A DNA stretch of 64,000 nt from Podarcis muralis. Lineage: Eukaryota. The stretch's first letter is position 1, and every line of letters starts with the position of its first letter. The notes under the pieces were generated by a model. That model had not been told where the DNA came from, searched no databases, and saw nothing but the letters and a program-made list of their open reading frames with translations. Shown one piece after another: positions 10,490 to 21,867 of the stretch. The position numbers were made by a program, and so were the translations under genes. The DNA is taken from NCBI RefSeq assembly GCF_964188315.1, contig NC_135658.1:98580001-98644000 (forward strand). The letters are read 5' to 3'.

Positions 10490-11488
10490 TAAGATGGATT
10501 GTACCACCTGTTAAATCAGGGTCAATCAGTTCTGGATGTAACAAGTTCAAAATGGACATAACTGTTAAGAGCATAATTTTGCCCTAAGTTTAATAGAGTC
10601 ATCCCCTTCTGCCCCCAGTGCCCATCCATGCTGCGGTGAGTGCCTGCCATGTAGAACACACAATGAGGAGTGAATATTGAGCAACGGGTATTATTTTCTT
10701 TCTTGCATCTTTTTTTAGTGGCCATGTATTCTTTAAAGAGCTTCATCGGGACTGTAAAAACAAAAATGAAATTTGCATTCTTTCTCCCTCCCTTTTGCCC
10801 TTTCTCTCTCACACACCTTTACACTCATATGCTTTTATGATCCTGGAGGATTCCTGTTCTTGTTTGTTCAGATCACTGAGGAATGCAGTGCTTCTAAGAT
10901 CCTCAGAGTGGAGCTCAACCACAGCCTACCAAAAAATTCCACTCACAGCAATAGCACCTTGGTGCAAGGTCACTCTCCCTCCCTCCCTAGTTCCTCCCCC
11001 CCCCCTGCACTTCTTTTATCCCACTGGGAATTTAACAATACAGTCTTGAGTAGAGTCTTCAGACTATACCATTAGCTTATTGAGTAACTGCACCTGCGTT
11101 TAAACTTTAATGATGCATTTTTAATATGATAAATGTATTATACTTCAATGGTTTTATATTCAGGTCGAATAAACTATGAGTTTTTGTTACTCCTCAGAAC
11201 CTACTTTTCAAAAGACTAGACTTATAATTGTTTAGCATGGATAACCGCAGATGGGGGTCGGTGCTTCTAAGAAAAGCAATAGTTCTGTGCCAGCAGCGCA
11301 AGCTACCAGTTGTTGAGGGTGGGTTTAATTGTGTGTTGTTTCCTTTTTAATTTGGCATTTGTTTTGTCTTCAGTAAAATGCAAATGAGCTTTTTTAACAG
11401 AACAGAATTGTAATTGTGGCTGGTAGTAGGAAATTAGCTTGTGGGCTGTAACTTATGCAGCCATGTCTTGTGGTTGCTGGGTGTAGTG

Positions 11489-11610
11489 CAGGGATGGGAA
11501 TGGTGTTGGACTCCAACTCCCATCAGCCTCAGCCAGGATGGAGATTGATCTGAGATGATGGGAGTTGTAGTCCATCAACATTGGCAAGACCTCATATTTC
11601 CCCATCCCTG
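11489..11610. mobile_element. Short palindromic hAT-like MITE
   Basis: TIR CAGGGATGGG / CCCATCCCTG and internal GGACTCCAACTCCCATCA...TGATGGGAGTTGTAGTCC palindrome. Confidence 0.75.
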
Positions 11611-11657
11611 GAGTAGCAGTCACCTGCTTTGTGGATGAAACTGTTGGTGCAGTAAGA

Positions 11658-12216
11658 ATTCCTAGATGTCAAATCCAAGTGCTCTTGGGTGACAGAACCC
11701 AGGCAGAGATTTAAAGCCACAAAATATGCAGCAAAGTAATGTGTGGAAATATAAGTGGTTAGAGCTTTAAAATATGTCATTCTAGTCCCAGAATTTCCCT
11801 CTTCCCTCAGCAGAGGTAAAGGCCACATGTTTGGTAAGCTGATAACTGGTTTACTTACGAACTCTAAAAGGTCAGATTCATGCGCTTTCCCATACATCAG
11901 TCAGGAAAGTAGCACAGGCAGTAAAATGTAGCTTAGTTACAAAGTGGTAAAAGATCCTAGATTGTTGGTATAGGAACGCAAGAGTGGCTGGTGAGAGCCA
12001 TGTGGTTGAGCTGGAGCAACCAGCATAAATCTTTTCACATGCTGAGCTTCTCAGGCAGACTGGGAGAAAACAATAGGGTTTGATTACCTATTTCCTCCCA
12101 AGGTGAGGAGAAGAGACATAGCTTAGTCTTGCAGGGCAGCTTACTCTATGGTATTAACTCCTTCATGCGTTAATTGGACTTAAGCATGTTGTTTATATGA
12201 GGCTGGCTATCCCACA
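11658..12216. repeat. Unclassified ~550-bp dispersed repeat, copy 1 (possibly old LTR)
   Basis: Collinear with 30742-31267, sharing blocks GCACAGGCAGTAAAA, TATTTCCTCCCAAG, CAGCTTACTCTATG, ACTTAAGCATGTTG and TTATATGAGGCTGG. Confidence 0.8.
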
Positions 12217-12236
12217 GAAACAACGTAGACTAGAGT

Positions 12237-12608
12237 TAGGGATGGGCAAATCTGCCAATTTTGGCTTCTCTATTTCAATTCTGGTTTTTAGTCATCATGA
12301 AAATTCACCAGCATTTTAATACAAATTTCTCCTACTATGCATCTGTTTGTGCACAATTTTGCCTAGTATACTAATTTTCATGCCTAAAAGTATTCCTGCT
12401 TGTATGTTACATTTGCTAATATGTGCATCATTATGTGCGTTATAGCCAAATATAAGCATTATTTGGCTTGAGAACTGCATTGCAAAATTCAGAGAAGTGC
12501 GAATTTGGAAGGATGGCTGTATTTCAGTTCGCATCTTGTTTCAGAAATCTCAAATTAGGTAGATTCACCTTTAAATGCAAACAGAATTTAATTTCTCCCA
12601 CACATCTA
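12237..12608. mobile_element. Old non-autonomous DNA transposon (hAT-like), AT-rich
   Basis: Ends TAGGGATG / CACATCTA, flanks ACTAGAGT / ATTAGAGC (6/8). A homologous copy lies at about 56000-56370. Confidence 0.7.
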
Positions 12609-12769
12609 ATTAGAGCAGGAGAGATAATCTGCATCAAACACTGAGGAGGAGAAGCAGAATAACCAAACCTTGTTAAAGTAAGTTTAGGCAGGTCTAACCA
12701 AAGAAGCGATGCTATTATTATAATGAATTAAATCTGTATACCACCCTTCATCCATAGATCTCAGGGTGA

Positions 12770-14130
12770 TTCAGAAGATAAAAATACAAAATACATAATC
12801 GAAACAAGTGCAAGAACAGAACAGAACAAACCATAACCCCCTCTCACAAACACATTTAAAAGGGTATAGGGTGTTAATCAGCCAAAGGCCTGGTTGAAGA
12901 TGAACATTTTTGCCTGGCAAATGAAGTTGTATAATGAAGGTGCCAGCTGAGCCTCCCGGAGGAGAGCATTCCACAAATGGGGAGCCGCTGCAAAAAAGAA
13001 CCATTCTCATGTTGCCACCCTCTGGACCTCTCTTGGAGGAGGCACATGAAGAAGGGCCTCAGAGCATGACCTCAGGGTCCAGGTGAGTTCATACGAAGGG
13101 AAGTGGTCCTTGAGGTATTGTGGTCCTGATCTGTGTAGGTAAAAAACAGCACTTTGAATTAGGCCCGGAAACTGAATGGCAGCCAATGCAGTTGAGCTAG
13201 GATCAGTGTATTAAGTTCAAACTGGCCTGTCCCGGTGAGCAACCCGGCTGCCAAATTGTGCACCAGCTGAAGTTTCCAAACCATATTCAGAGGCAGCCCT
13301 ACTTATAATGTGTTATAGTAATCTAACCTGGAGGTTATCAGAGCATAGACAACAGAGGTTAGTCCAGGCATAGGCAAACTCAACCCTCCAGATGTTTTGG
13401 GACTACAACTCCCATCATCCCTAGCTAACAGGACCAGTGGTCAGGGGTGATGGGAGTTGTAGTTCCAAAACAGCTGGAGGGCCAAGTTTGCCTATGCCTG
13501 GGTTAGGCTATCCCTATCCCGATAGGGGTGCAACTGGGCCATCAGTTGGAGCTGATGTAAGGCATTCAGTGCTACTGAGGCCACCACCTGAAGCGGCAGC
13601 AAAGGATCCTGGGGTACTTCCAAGCTGCGTACCTGCTGTTTCAGAGGGAGTATAATCCCATCCAGAGCAGGTGATCTCCTACCCATCTGGTCTAGGGAAC
13701 CACCCACTAACAGTGCCTCAGTCTTATCTGGATTGTGCTTCAGTTTGTTGGCTCTCACCGTCCATTATTAAGGCAAGACAACAGTCCAGTACATCTACTG
13801 CCACACCTGCAGATGTAAAGGAGAAGCAGAGCTGTGTGTCATCAGTGTATTGCTGACAATGTACTCCAAAACTCCAGATAACGCCACTCAGTGGTTTCAT
13901 GTAGATGTTAAACAACATGGGGGATAGAATCAAAGCTTGAGGAACCCCACAATGAAGGCTGCATGGGGCTGAAGAACATTCCCCAAGCATCACCCTCTAG
14001 AAACGTCCAGCTAAATAGGACTGGAACCACCACAAAGTGGTGCCACCCACTCCTAACTCAAAGAGCTGCTGCAGAAGGATATTGTGGTTGATGGTACCCA
14101 AAGCCTTTGAGAGGTCAAGGAGAATTAGCA
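12770..14130 (-). mobile_element. L2 LINE, RT domain to 3' end, interrupted by a MITE
   Basis: Translation CGVPQALILSPMLFNIYMKPL...CQQYTDDTQL (YADD-like) and MRANKLKHNPDKTE, followed by L2 3' sequence toward 12770. Confidence 0.92.
13365..13500. mobile_element. hAT MITE (136 bp) inserted in L2
   Basis: TIRs CAGGCATAGGCAAACT / AGTTTGCCTATGCCTG, TSD GGTTAGTC / GGTTAGGC. Confidence 0.93.
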
Positions 14131-14925
14131 GGGAAACAATCCTGCAATGTTAGACCCACTCATATAGGAGGAAGTCCCACTGAATCTAGTGGGATCTACC
14201 TCTGAATAGGTTTATATACGTGATTCAACTGTTAAGACTCTTAGGAAAAAAACAAATATGTGTGCTTGCTGCTGCTAGGTTATTTTTAAAAATAAATTCA
14301 GAACTGTGGTTGTCCTCTCAATAAGGTGCTGTGGCTCAATTGGGGCCTGGAGATCTGTGAGGTAAAAAAATAATGTTTGGTTTTATGTTTTTATATTGTT
14401 GTAAACTGCTGTAAGAAGCCTTTATGATTCAGCGGCATATAAATATTTTTATCAATAAATGAATAAAGTTTACCCTCTTCTACATATCTATATCAGCAAC
14501 TAGCCAAGCTACGCATTTTGAAGAATGAAGTGAGAGGTTGAGCTGGTAAACTTCCAGACTGTACCATTTCAGACTGCATGTAATGGTAGTTAAAAAAAAA
14601 ATCCCTGTCATGTTAAGCAACCAAATACACCCCCAGATTATGGTAAACTAGAGCATCAAAGTGAAGGATTTAAGCATAGCCCTCTCTGTGATGTGCTAGT
14701 GTACAACATACAAGTAAAGGTACAACATATCAGAAGCTTTTCACATAGTGGGAACTCAAGACTCCTGGCCTTATGTGGCGATAGCATGGAAAAAAGAAAT
14801 AGACCCCACCTGCAAACGGAAGTGTTAGAGCCTGGGATTCTCTGACATTGGTTTGCCACCTTATTTCACATAATGTGTAGAACAGCTCTGAGAAGATGAA
14901 GCTTTTTCATATGGATATACTAAAA

Positions 14926-15047
14926 CAGGGGCCCTGGTGTTTCTCCAGATGTTGTTGAACTCCAACTCCCAGCAGGTTTAGGCACTATGACCAACAATCG
15001 GGGTGATTGGTCCATCCACATCTGTAGGCCACAGCTTCCCACCCCTG
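14926..15047. mobile_element. Degenerate hAT-like MITE
   Basis: CAGGGG...CCCCTG ends with the same internal CCAGATGTTGTTGAACTCCAACTCCCA core as related MITEs. Confidence 0.65.
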
Positions 15048-15758
15048 TAGTTAAAATAATTTGGGGGTGGGGTGGGGTTAATTGCTTCATATTTATATAG
15101 TTCTCGATACTTCTCCGGGAGCTAGTACACATTTGTCAGCAAAAGATGTCATCACTCCAAAGCATGGATTCCTAAATGGTGGGATTTACCCACAAGTCAA
15201 GAGATTTTGATGCACGCTGCAAGGTTGGCCGTAAGTTAGAGTGAATTGGTTGCCCTAGGCAGCTGGTTAGGGAAGAGGTTCATGAAAGGACCGTGGTTTG
15301 TTACTTTAAATATATTACTGCATTATTGCTGCCAGACAGAATGGGTGCCAAAATAACTTGGCCAACCTCAGGTATTCCATGCACGTTGCCTTGGGGAGGG
15401 GTATATGCCCTTTGCTGTTCAACCCCAGACAGCAAAATATATTGGGCCAGCCCCGTCTGCTAGCTCTGGATGTTGAAAATAATGTAGTGCAAGTGAGGTT
15501 CTGATGACATTTCAAAACTATCTAGACTGTAGAATTACAATCTGTTCCGAAGAACCCAAGAGTTCTGAATAAATAATATCTGTTATATCTTCTAGCAATG
15601 TCGTGTTCAGGAATAAGAACATTCCATTAAGACTGAGGCGATCTGTACAAAGTCGAAAGAAGCCTTTTTACTTTTACTCAGCACTGGAGTGGGGAGGATT
15701 GAAAATGTTGATAGTTGTGTGTTTGTATGTGTGTGAGAGTGACTGTATGAGTATGTGT

Positions 15759-15759
<1 letters not shown>

Positions 15760-15820
<61 letters not shown>
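15760..15820. repeat. (GA)n microsatellite
   Basis: Perfect dinucleotide run of ~30 units. Confidence 0.99.
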
Positions 15821-15825
<5 letters not shown>

Positions 15826-17308
15826 GCGTCTATATGTGTACATATGTACCTGTCAAGTTCATGGTGTGTAACATGGTGACATTTCAGTGTGCATGGCAAT
15901 GCAGTATGTGTGCAGAATTTCAGCACTGAGTGGCAAGTAGAAAGGCAGCCCTTGGTTCTATGCCACAGCAGGTCCTCAAACCCTCATGGCCTTATCTAGG
16001 TGGTCTGCAAGCCTGGACTACCTGTGGTAGTTGTGAGAGTTGTGAGATGTGTGTCACAGGCTGGCCGCCTGTGGCCTGTGAAGAGATCCAGAAGGAGGCT
16101 GAAAAACCAAGAGCTGTTCTGTTAATGACAGACTCCACGTGTCTGCTGTAAAAGTAAAGTTAACCAGGCAGGACTCCCCGGAAATGTACTTTCTATCCAA
16201 TTTTTAAAAACCAGTTACTTCTAACTTTATGCAAGTCTCTTCTTGATTAATATAAGTTGCTGTTGTACAAGAGTGTGCATGTTGAGAGAGTGAGCATTTT
16301 CTGTTGCACTCAAAGAGTGCCTGATGTCCCACTAAAGACAAACAATTACCTTCAAATTAGGAAAGCTGACAGAGGATCGATACAGTATCTCCTGAAATAT
16401 CTCCAGGAAACGGCCCACTGCAATCAACTGGCTACTGAGTGCCACCAATTCTACATACCAGTATTTCCTTGACATTAAGACTTTAGTCTTTTTGTTTTCA
16501 GAAGTGCGGAGGAAGGATAACAGCTGTAAAATGGATTAGGTTTGAAGTGGTGTTGGTTCGATGTAGTTTCATGGCTCCCAATCTAAGCTGTGCAGCAACA
16601 CAGCCTGTGGATTATAAAATAAGGTGGGTGGGCAGATGTACAAATTAACAGATGTGCAAGTGTCACTTTTCTAAAAAACCAAAAGGAGAGCAGCCCTCCT
16701 GAAGCATTAGAGAAGGATCAAGACTAAAAACAGAAACAGAAACCTATGTTAAGTTATGTAAACTGTGAAACCACAAGGAGTGAAACTCACACCATTGGTG
16801 AAAAATTTGTCGTTACTTCTGTTTAACGCTTGTGTCTGTCTTCAGCTTAAGACACACACTTCATGGAAGTATATCTAATATTTGAGCTGGTATTCCATTC
16901 AGATTCAAACTTTATTAGTTTGAAAGTAGAAATCACAGTTTGAAATGGCATATGTTTCTAGAATGGCGCACCTCCAGATGTCATAATCTCCAGCCATGTT
17001 AGCTAGGGTCCTGAAAGTGAAAAAGGAGGATATATATCTATTTGGAAATATCATTATTCTTTGTGCAAAGCAGTTACTCTTTCCTTGTGCTGATGGGATG
17101 GGATGCAACTAAGGTTTACTCAGAGTAGACCTATTGAAATTAATGGAGCGAACTTAGTCATGTCCATTCATTTCAGTGGATCTACTCTGAGTAAAACCTA
17201 GTTGAATGCCACCCATGATTATTTGTGCTCGTGATGGTATTGTGGAGGGTAATGTGCAATCCAACTCTCAATATTGTCTGTGCCTGCAAAAGTTTCGGGT
17301 CAGACAGA

Positions 17309-17568
17309 CAGTCATACCTCATGTTATGGACGCTTCATGTTACATCTTTTCAAGTTGCATCCCGCAGCAACCTGGAAGTACTGGCAAGGGTTACTTCTGG
17401 GTTTCGCCACTCACGCATGTGCAGAAGCGCTAAATCATGCTTTGCGCATGCACACAAGCACCAAATCATGCTGCACACCTGCGCAGATATGGCGCTTCAG
17501 GTTGCGCTCTTTTCAGGTTGTGAACGGGCCTCTGGAACGGATCCTGTTCGCAACCAGAGGTACCACTG
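17309..17568. mobile_element. Tc1/mariner (Tigger-like) MITE, family B
   Basis: Ends CAGTCATACCTC / GAGGTACCACTG followed by TA. Confidence 0.8.
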
Positions 17569-17971
17569 TATTGCATTGTTTTCACTCAGTTTGTGCCCTG
17601 TAACTTCCTATTGAAATCCTGTAACTTTTTTTTATCACACTTTTTTGTCGTTGTTCTGCATTGCAGAACAACTAACAAAGCAGAATGATGTGTGGACTGT
17701 CAAGGGTATATCCACCACTAACACGCTATGAATGCCATGTTGCATGCCAAGCAATGAGTGCCATGTTGCAAAATACACCCACAAATAAAACCTGCAGGGA
17801 CCTAGTTTTAGACTGGTGTGGCAAGATACCCTACTTACTTTAACTAGTGCAGGAATTAAAAAAAAATCTGCTGTTCACTCACATGTATCCAGGTACACTG
17901 ATCCACCTAGAGATGGAGGGCTTGGCAGTGGGCTTCTTAATTTGTTAACATGGTAGCTTCCATTTAAAGAA

Positions 17972-18112
17972 TGACCAGCTCAGTCGGTAGAGCATGAGAC
18001 TCCTAATTTCAGGCTCATGGGTTTGAGCCCCACATTGGGCAAAAGATTCCTGCATTGCAGGGGGTTGGACTAGATGACCCTTTTGGTCCCTTGCAAACTT
18101 ACAATTCTGTGA
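17972..18112 (+). mobile_element. tRNA-Lys(CTT)-derived short SINE with CR1-type tail
   Basis: AGCTCAGTCGGTAGAGCATGAGACTCCTAATTTCAGG..GGGTTTGAGCCCCACATTGGGC closely follows vertebrate tRNA-Lys-CTT and runs directly into ATTCCTGCATTGCAGGGGGTTGGACTAGATGACCCT. Confidence 0.88.
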
Positions 18113-18472
18113 AAGTTTGATTTAAGGGCAGAGACAACACTGGTTAAAAGAAATCCAAGGCGTGCAAAGTGGCAGTAATGCTCCAAACTTCACCCACCAT
18201 TGATGTTAAGAGAAACTACGCCCCCCCAATACAATAAGAAAGGGCCCAACCTGGACTAAGACCTCATTGGAAGATGAATGGTTAAAGTTCGCTGGTTCTG
18301 GAAGGATCTTTTGGAAAAGTCCCGTACGCTCAGAGACTTTGCGCCTGCCCATTAGGGGAAATGGGAAGCCCTGAACACTTATTTTTTAGATGTCCTTTTT
18401 ATGATGAGGCACGTCGAGATACCATTGACTCCCAACTGGTGAGGCTTGCTGACCTTCCGGACAAGCCTAAAC

Positions 18473-18814
18473 CATAGCTGTCAACTTTTCCCTTTTCTTG
18501 CGAGGAATCCTATTCGGAATAAGGGAATTTCCCTTTTAAAAGGGCAAACTGTTAAGTTGTGGGTGAACATATCAGACGACACAGCGATTCTTCAAACAGC
18601 TCTTGTTTATTCACAGGCCAGGACAGAACTGAACTGAAGGGTTCAGTCAGCCTGCTTATATAGAGCTCCAGTACAATGTAACTGTAACAATTTTGTAAAA
18701 CTATCCAATCACTGAACGTCACTTTCGATCCCTTATTTGCATAACTATCTACAGTATCCCCCTGCTGGCCCAGGGTGAGAACTTCAGTACATAACAGAAA
18801 CATTGACAGCTATG
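18473..18814. mobile_element. hAT MITE (TIR CATAGCTGTCAA) carrying a nested solo LTR
   Basis: TIRs CATAGCTGTCAAC / TTGACAGCTATG and a perfect 8-bp TSD GCCTAAAC (18465-18472 / 18815-18822). Confidence 0.93.
18550..18796 (-). mobile_element. Solo LTR (247 bp)
   Basis: TGTTA...TAACA termini, flanks CAAAC / GAAAC. In minus order: octamer ATGCAAAT (18735-18742), ATTGG (18705-18709), TATATAA (~18656-18662), AATAAA (~18605-18611). Confidence 0.8.
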
Positions 18815-19599
18815 GCCTAAACTCAATTTTCTCCTCTTAGGCAAAAATCACAAGATGACCCGAATGGTCGCCAGATTCTGCACGCAGATTTGTAGGCATA
18901 GAACACTCCCTGGAACAAATAGATCGCTAGGAAAACTGCCATAGCCGGCCTCCTGGGTGTCCCAGGGGCAATCTGTATATTAGTTTAACCTTAGGTCTTT
19001 TTGTGTTCATGCAACTATTTTAATTTTAATCTATAAACTGTTATTGTATATTGTTTTAAATGTCTATTTCACTGTTGTGAAAGCAGTCTCTGTTGTGCTT
19101 CTTGGACTGGTCTTTGACCGTAATAATAAATTATTACTATATTACTTCCTATGGATGGTGAAAACCCCTCTACTGTCCACAGCAGGGTCCTGATCCAAAT
19201 CTCATGACCACCACCTTATGCTGGCTGTTTGTGAAAGAGAAACAGAATTGCTTGTCTCCGCAGCATGTTTACTGGGATTTTGCTCTAATTTTATTAATCT
19301 CTATGCATCTGTTGAAACTGTTGTGTCCTCTTCGGCCACTGCAAACAGCAAACATTGCCTACCAACTTCATCTAAAACATTTGTGAAGAAGCTTATTAAA
19401 CCTCAAGGGACTAGATAAAATAAGGCTCCAAAGGCAGCGATCTCGCTTCTAGTTTGAAGCTGGTTGTCACAGAGCCAGTGGGATCGCACCTTCACATTCA
19501 GGTATAAAAATGCTTGTTTGGTGTTCTGATCAAATGGAGGTGTTTAACTATAAAGTCAGGTGCTGAGCTGAATGTGTAATTCTTGGAACACTGTGTCAT

Positions 19600-19930
19600 A
19601 ATAGCTTTATGTCGATTAGGTTATTTCTACGTATACTTTTAAAAATATCACTGTCATCGCTCATTGGGCTTCTCGTGCGCGTTTTGGACAGCGAACTGCC
19701 AAGCACCTGCAAACGCCAGCAACTTGAGACAATTTGTTTTGGCAAAAGGTCATGATGCAGAAAATTTTCTGTAAGATGTGGCAAGTCCGATTTCATGTAT
19801 AGCATCCTCACTGGGGGCTGGGGCAAAGGCGGTTGGCTGTTTCTAAGTCACTTGTCAAAGATACAGCGAGAGAGACACATACACACATCAAGTCGTTCCC
19901 TTAATCAAAGCGTTCAGACCAATCTCAGAC
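19600..19930. promoter_or_regulatory. CpG-retaining unique segment, possible promoter/5' UTR or conserved non-coding element
   Basis: Local CpG cluster (CTCGTGCGCGTT), CCAAT motifs near 19665 (minus) and 19920 (plus), no recognisable repeat. Confidence 0.3.
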
Positions 19931-20399
19931 ATTTCTTTACAATCATTGAAGCAAATTAAGGCTGGAGGCTGGTGTGCTCCTTTTTTAAAAACAACAACAG
20001 CACAGTCACTCTGTATAAGCTTGCAGTCAGATCCCAAAGCAGTTAATTAAAATAGTATTTCTCTAAGCTGTTTAAAGCATATTAAAGGACAGCATGCAGT
20101 ATAGCGTCTTGGTAGAGAATAGCACATGGTTGCCATTTATGGACTCCTTTTCAGAATCTTTAAACCTAAAAATAAAATAAGGAAATATACAAATCAAAGA
20201 AAGATATAAGTTACATATTGCTTCACATGCTTTACTAACCATGTGGCATTCTCCTATTGACTACTGAATAAATGCTGAATATAATAAAACAGTTAACTAA
20301 TAGCAAGCAGTGCTAAGTCCTGGCCTGCTGAACTGTAGGGGTAGTTCTGTAAAAATAAGTTAGCATCTTCCTTGATCATTCCTGTAGGGATGTGGGACA

Positions 20400-20790
20400 A
20401 ATTAAGTTCACAGTCAAAGGCGAACCTACCCTGGCTCTTGCTGCTGGATGAAGACCTTGAATTCCTAGCTCAGAGCAGCCATTGGAACACTGTGTCATGC
20501 CACACTGATGACACACAGCTGCGCAAGTCTTGGACCAGTGCCTGAATTCAGTAGCGGATTCAATGAGGGCCAATAAACTGAGTTTGATTCCTGGGAAGGC
20601 AGAAGCTCTGTCGATAGGTGGCTCCTGTGTCCTGAAGATAAGGCAATTACCTGTTCTGAACCGGGTTGCACTCCCTCTGAAGGAGCAAGTACATAACTTG
20701 TGCCTTTTACACACTCTAAGTTCCAGCTGGTGCAGAATGCAGTGGCTAGATGGACGACAGTATGTGGCACCTCTGCTATAACAGAGCCAC
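20400..20790 (+). mobile_element. L2 RT fragment
   Basis: Translation DQCLNSVADSMRANKLSLIPGKAEAL...LPLKEQVHNL. Confidence 0.85.
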
Positions 20791-20794
20791 CCAA

Positions 20795-20977
20795 AGGCCT
20801 GCCTGGTGTTTTTACATGAATAGAATGTGTGCTTTCATTTAAAATGCATCTCTGGGTTATTTGTGGGGCATAGGCATTCATTCATTTCCCCCCCCCCAAA
20901 AAAAATATAGTCTGGCCTCCCACAAGGTCTGAGGGACAGTGGACCAGCCCCCTGCAGAAAAAGTTTGCTGACGCCTG
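20795..20977 (+). mobile_element. Truncated hAT (Charlie-like) element, same family as 50839 and 54749
   Basis: Shares TTTAAAATGCATCTCTGGGTTATTTGTGGGG and the terminal AAAAAGTTTGCTGACGCCTG. Confidence 0.85.
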
Positions 20978-21147
20978 CTTTAGCTCAATGTTGCCTAGTA
21001 ATAGCTGTAGTTTTCCTGGCTACTTGAAGTCCTTTGAAGAGGTCAGGGACTGAACCCAGACCCTAATGCAAGTAAGGCACTCCGCCACTAAACTACAGCT
21101 GTTCCAGCAGCACACACACCCCAATCATGCAGCTAATGTGCCCTTAC

Positions 21148-21395
21148 TTGGGTACAAGGCTTTTTCAGTAAACCAAACTCGTAAGGACAACAAATGTGTG
21201 TGTTAACAGCTCCCCTTTCTTCCTTCAAGCAGAGTTGAAGGCTAAAGTTTGTCTCCTTGGTGCTCTGATCGTTGTTTCGCTCAAGGGCAGTCGCATTAGG
21301 CTTCTCTCGCCTTAATGCTGTTCCGCAGACAGCAGCTATAGCGTGATGGAAAATTCCACACAAGTTTAGTCTCAAATCTAATAATATATAATAGA
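21148..21395 (-). promoter_or_regulatory. Candidate TATA promoter plus non-coding first exon
   Basis: Minus strand: TATATA near 21385-21392, ~210 nt of CpG-retaining sequence, then donor CAA|GTAAGG at 21148/21147. Confidence 0.4.
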
Positions 21396-21867
21396 GCAAG
21401 CAGTTATTGGCAGGAAGGAGAAACACACAGGAGATTCTGCAATACAAGGTTGAACTGCATGAACATTTCAAGGGGAAGCAACTTCACTTCGCTAAGGTTT
21501 TCATACAGGTCCTTTTAAGGGAAGTGTCAAGACCGCACACTTTTTGTCCGGGTTCCTTTACAGGAAATAAATATCACGCCAAGTCTTGCTCTCAAGGGAA
21601 CTAAATAAGATACAAAATACCAATCTTATCCTTTTGCAGTAGGTTCTTCATATCATTTACTGTCTTCAGACACTGTTTGTTTATTTTTATTTTTTATACT
21701 GCTCTTCCTCTAACCAGGAGTATACAACAATAAAGTCCTAATTCATACCATCTAATCAGCAGCAACAACATATATCTGTAATACCACTCACATAATCAAC
21801 TTCGGCTACGACCCAAAAGTCTGTAGAAATAGAAATGTTTTTAGCCGTCACCCAAATGTATCTAAAG

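Larger units (their letters stand above)
18290..19145 (+). mobile_element. Non-LTR retrotransposon 3' end with CCHC knuckle (RTE-X/I-group-like), interrupted by hAT MITE and solo LTR
   Basis: Removing 18473-18822 restores LEGSFGKVPYAQRLCACPLGEMGSPEHLFFRCPFYDEARR...KPK|LNFLLLG...RMVARFCTQICRHR...* (stop 18942-18944). 3' UTR ends GGTCTTTGACC-GTAATAATAAA-TTATTAC. Confidence 0.8.

Noticed and set aside
16501-16550. Acceptor-like TTTTGTTTTCAG followed by a short possible exon on plus
   Set aside because: Weak donor, no recognisable peptide, and no supporting neighbouring exons.
17972-18045. Apparent tRNA-Lys gene (also 9740-9810 on minus)
   Set aside because: Stems are mutated, there is no T-run terminator, and the sequence runs straight into a CR1-type tail, so it is a SINE head.
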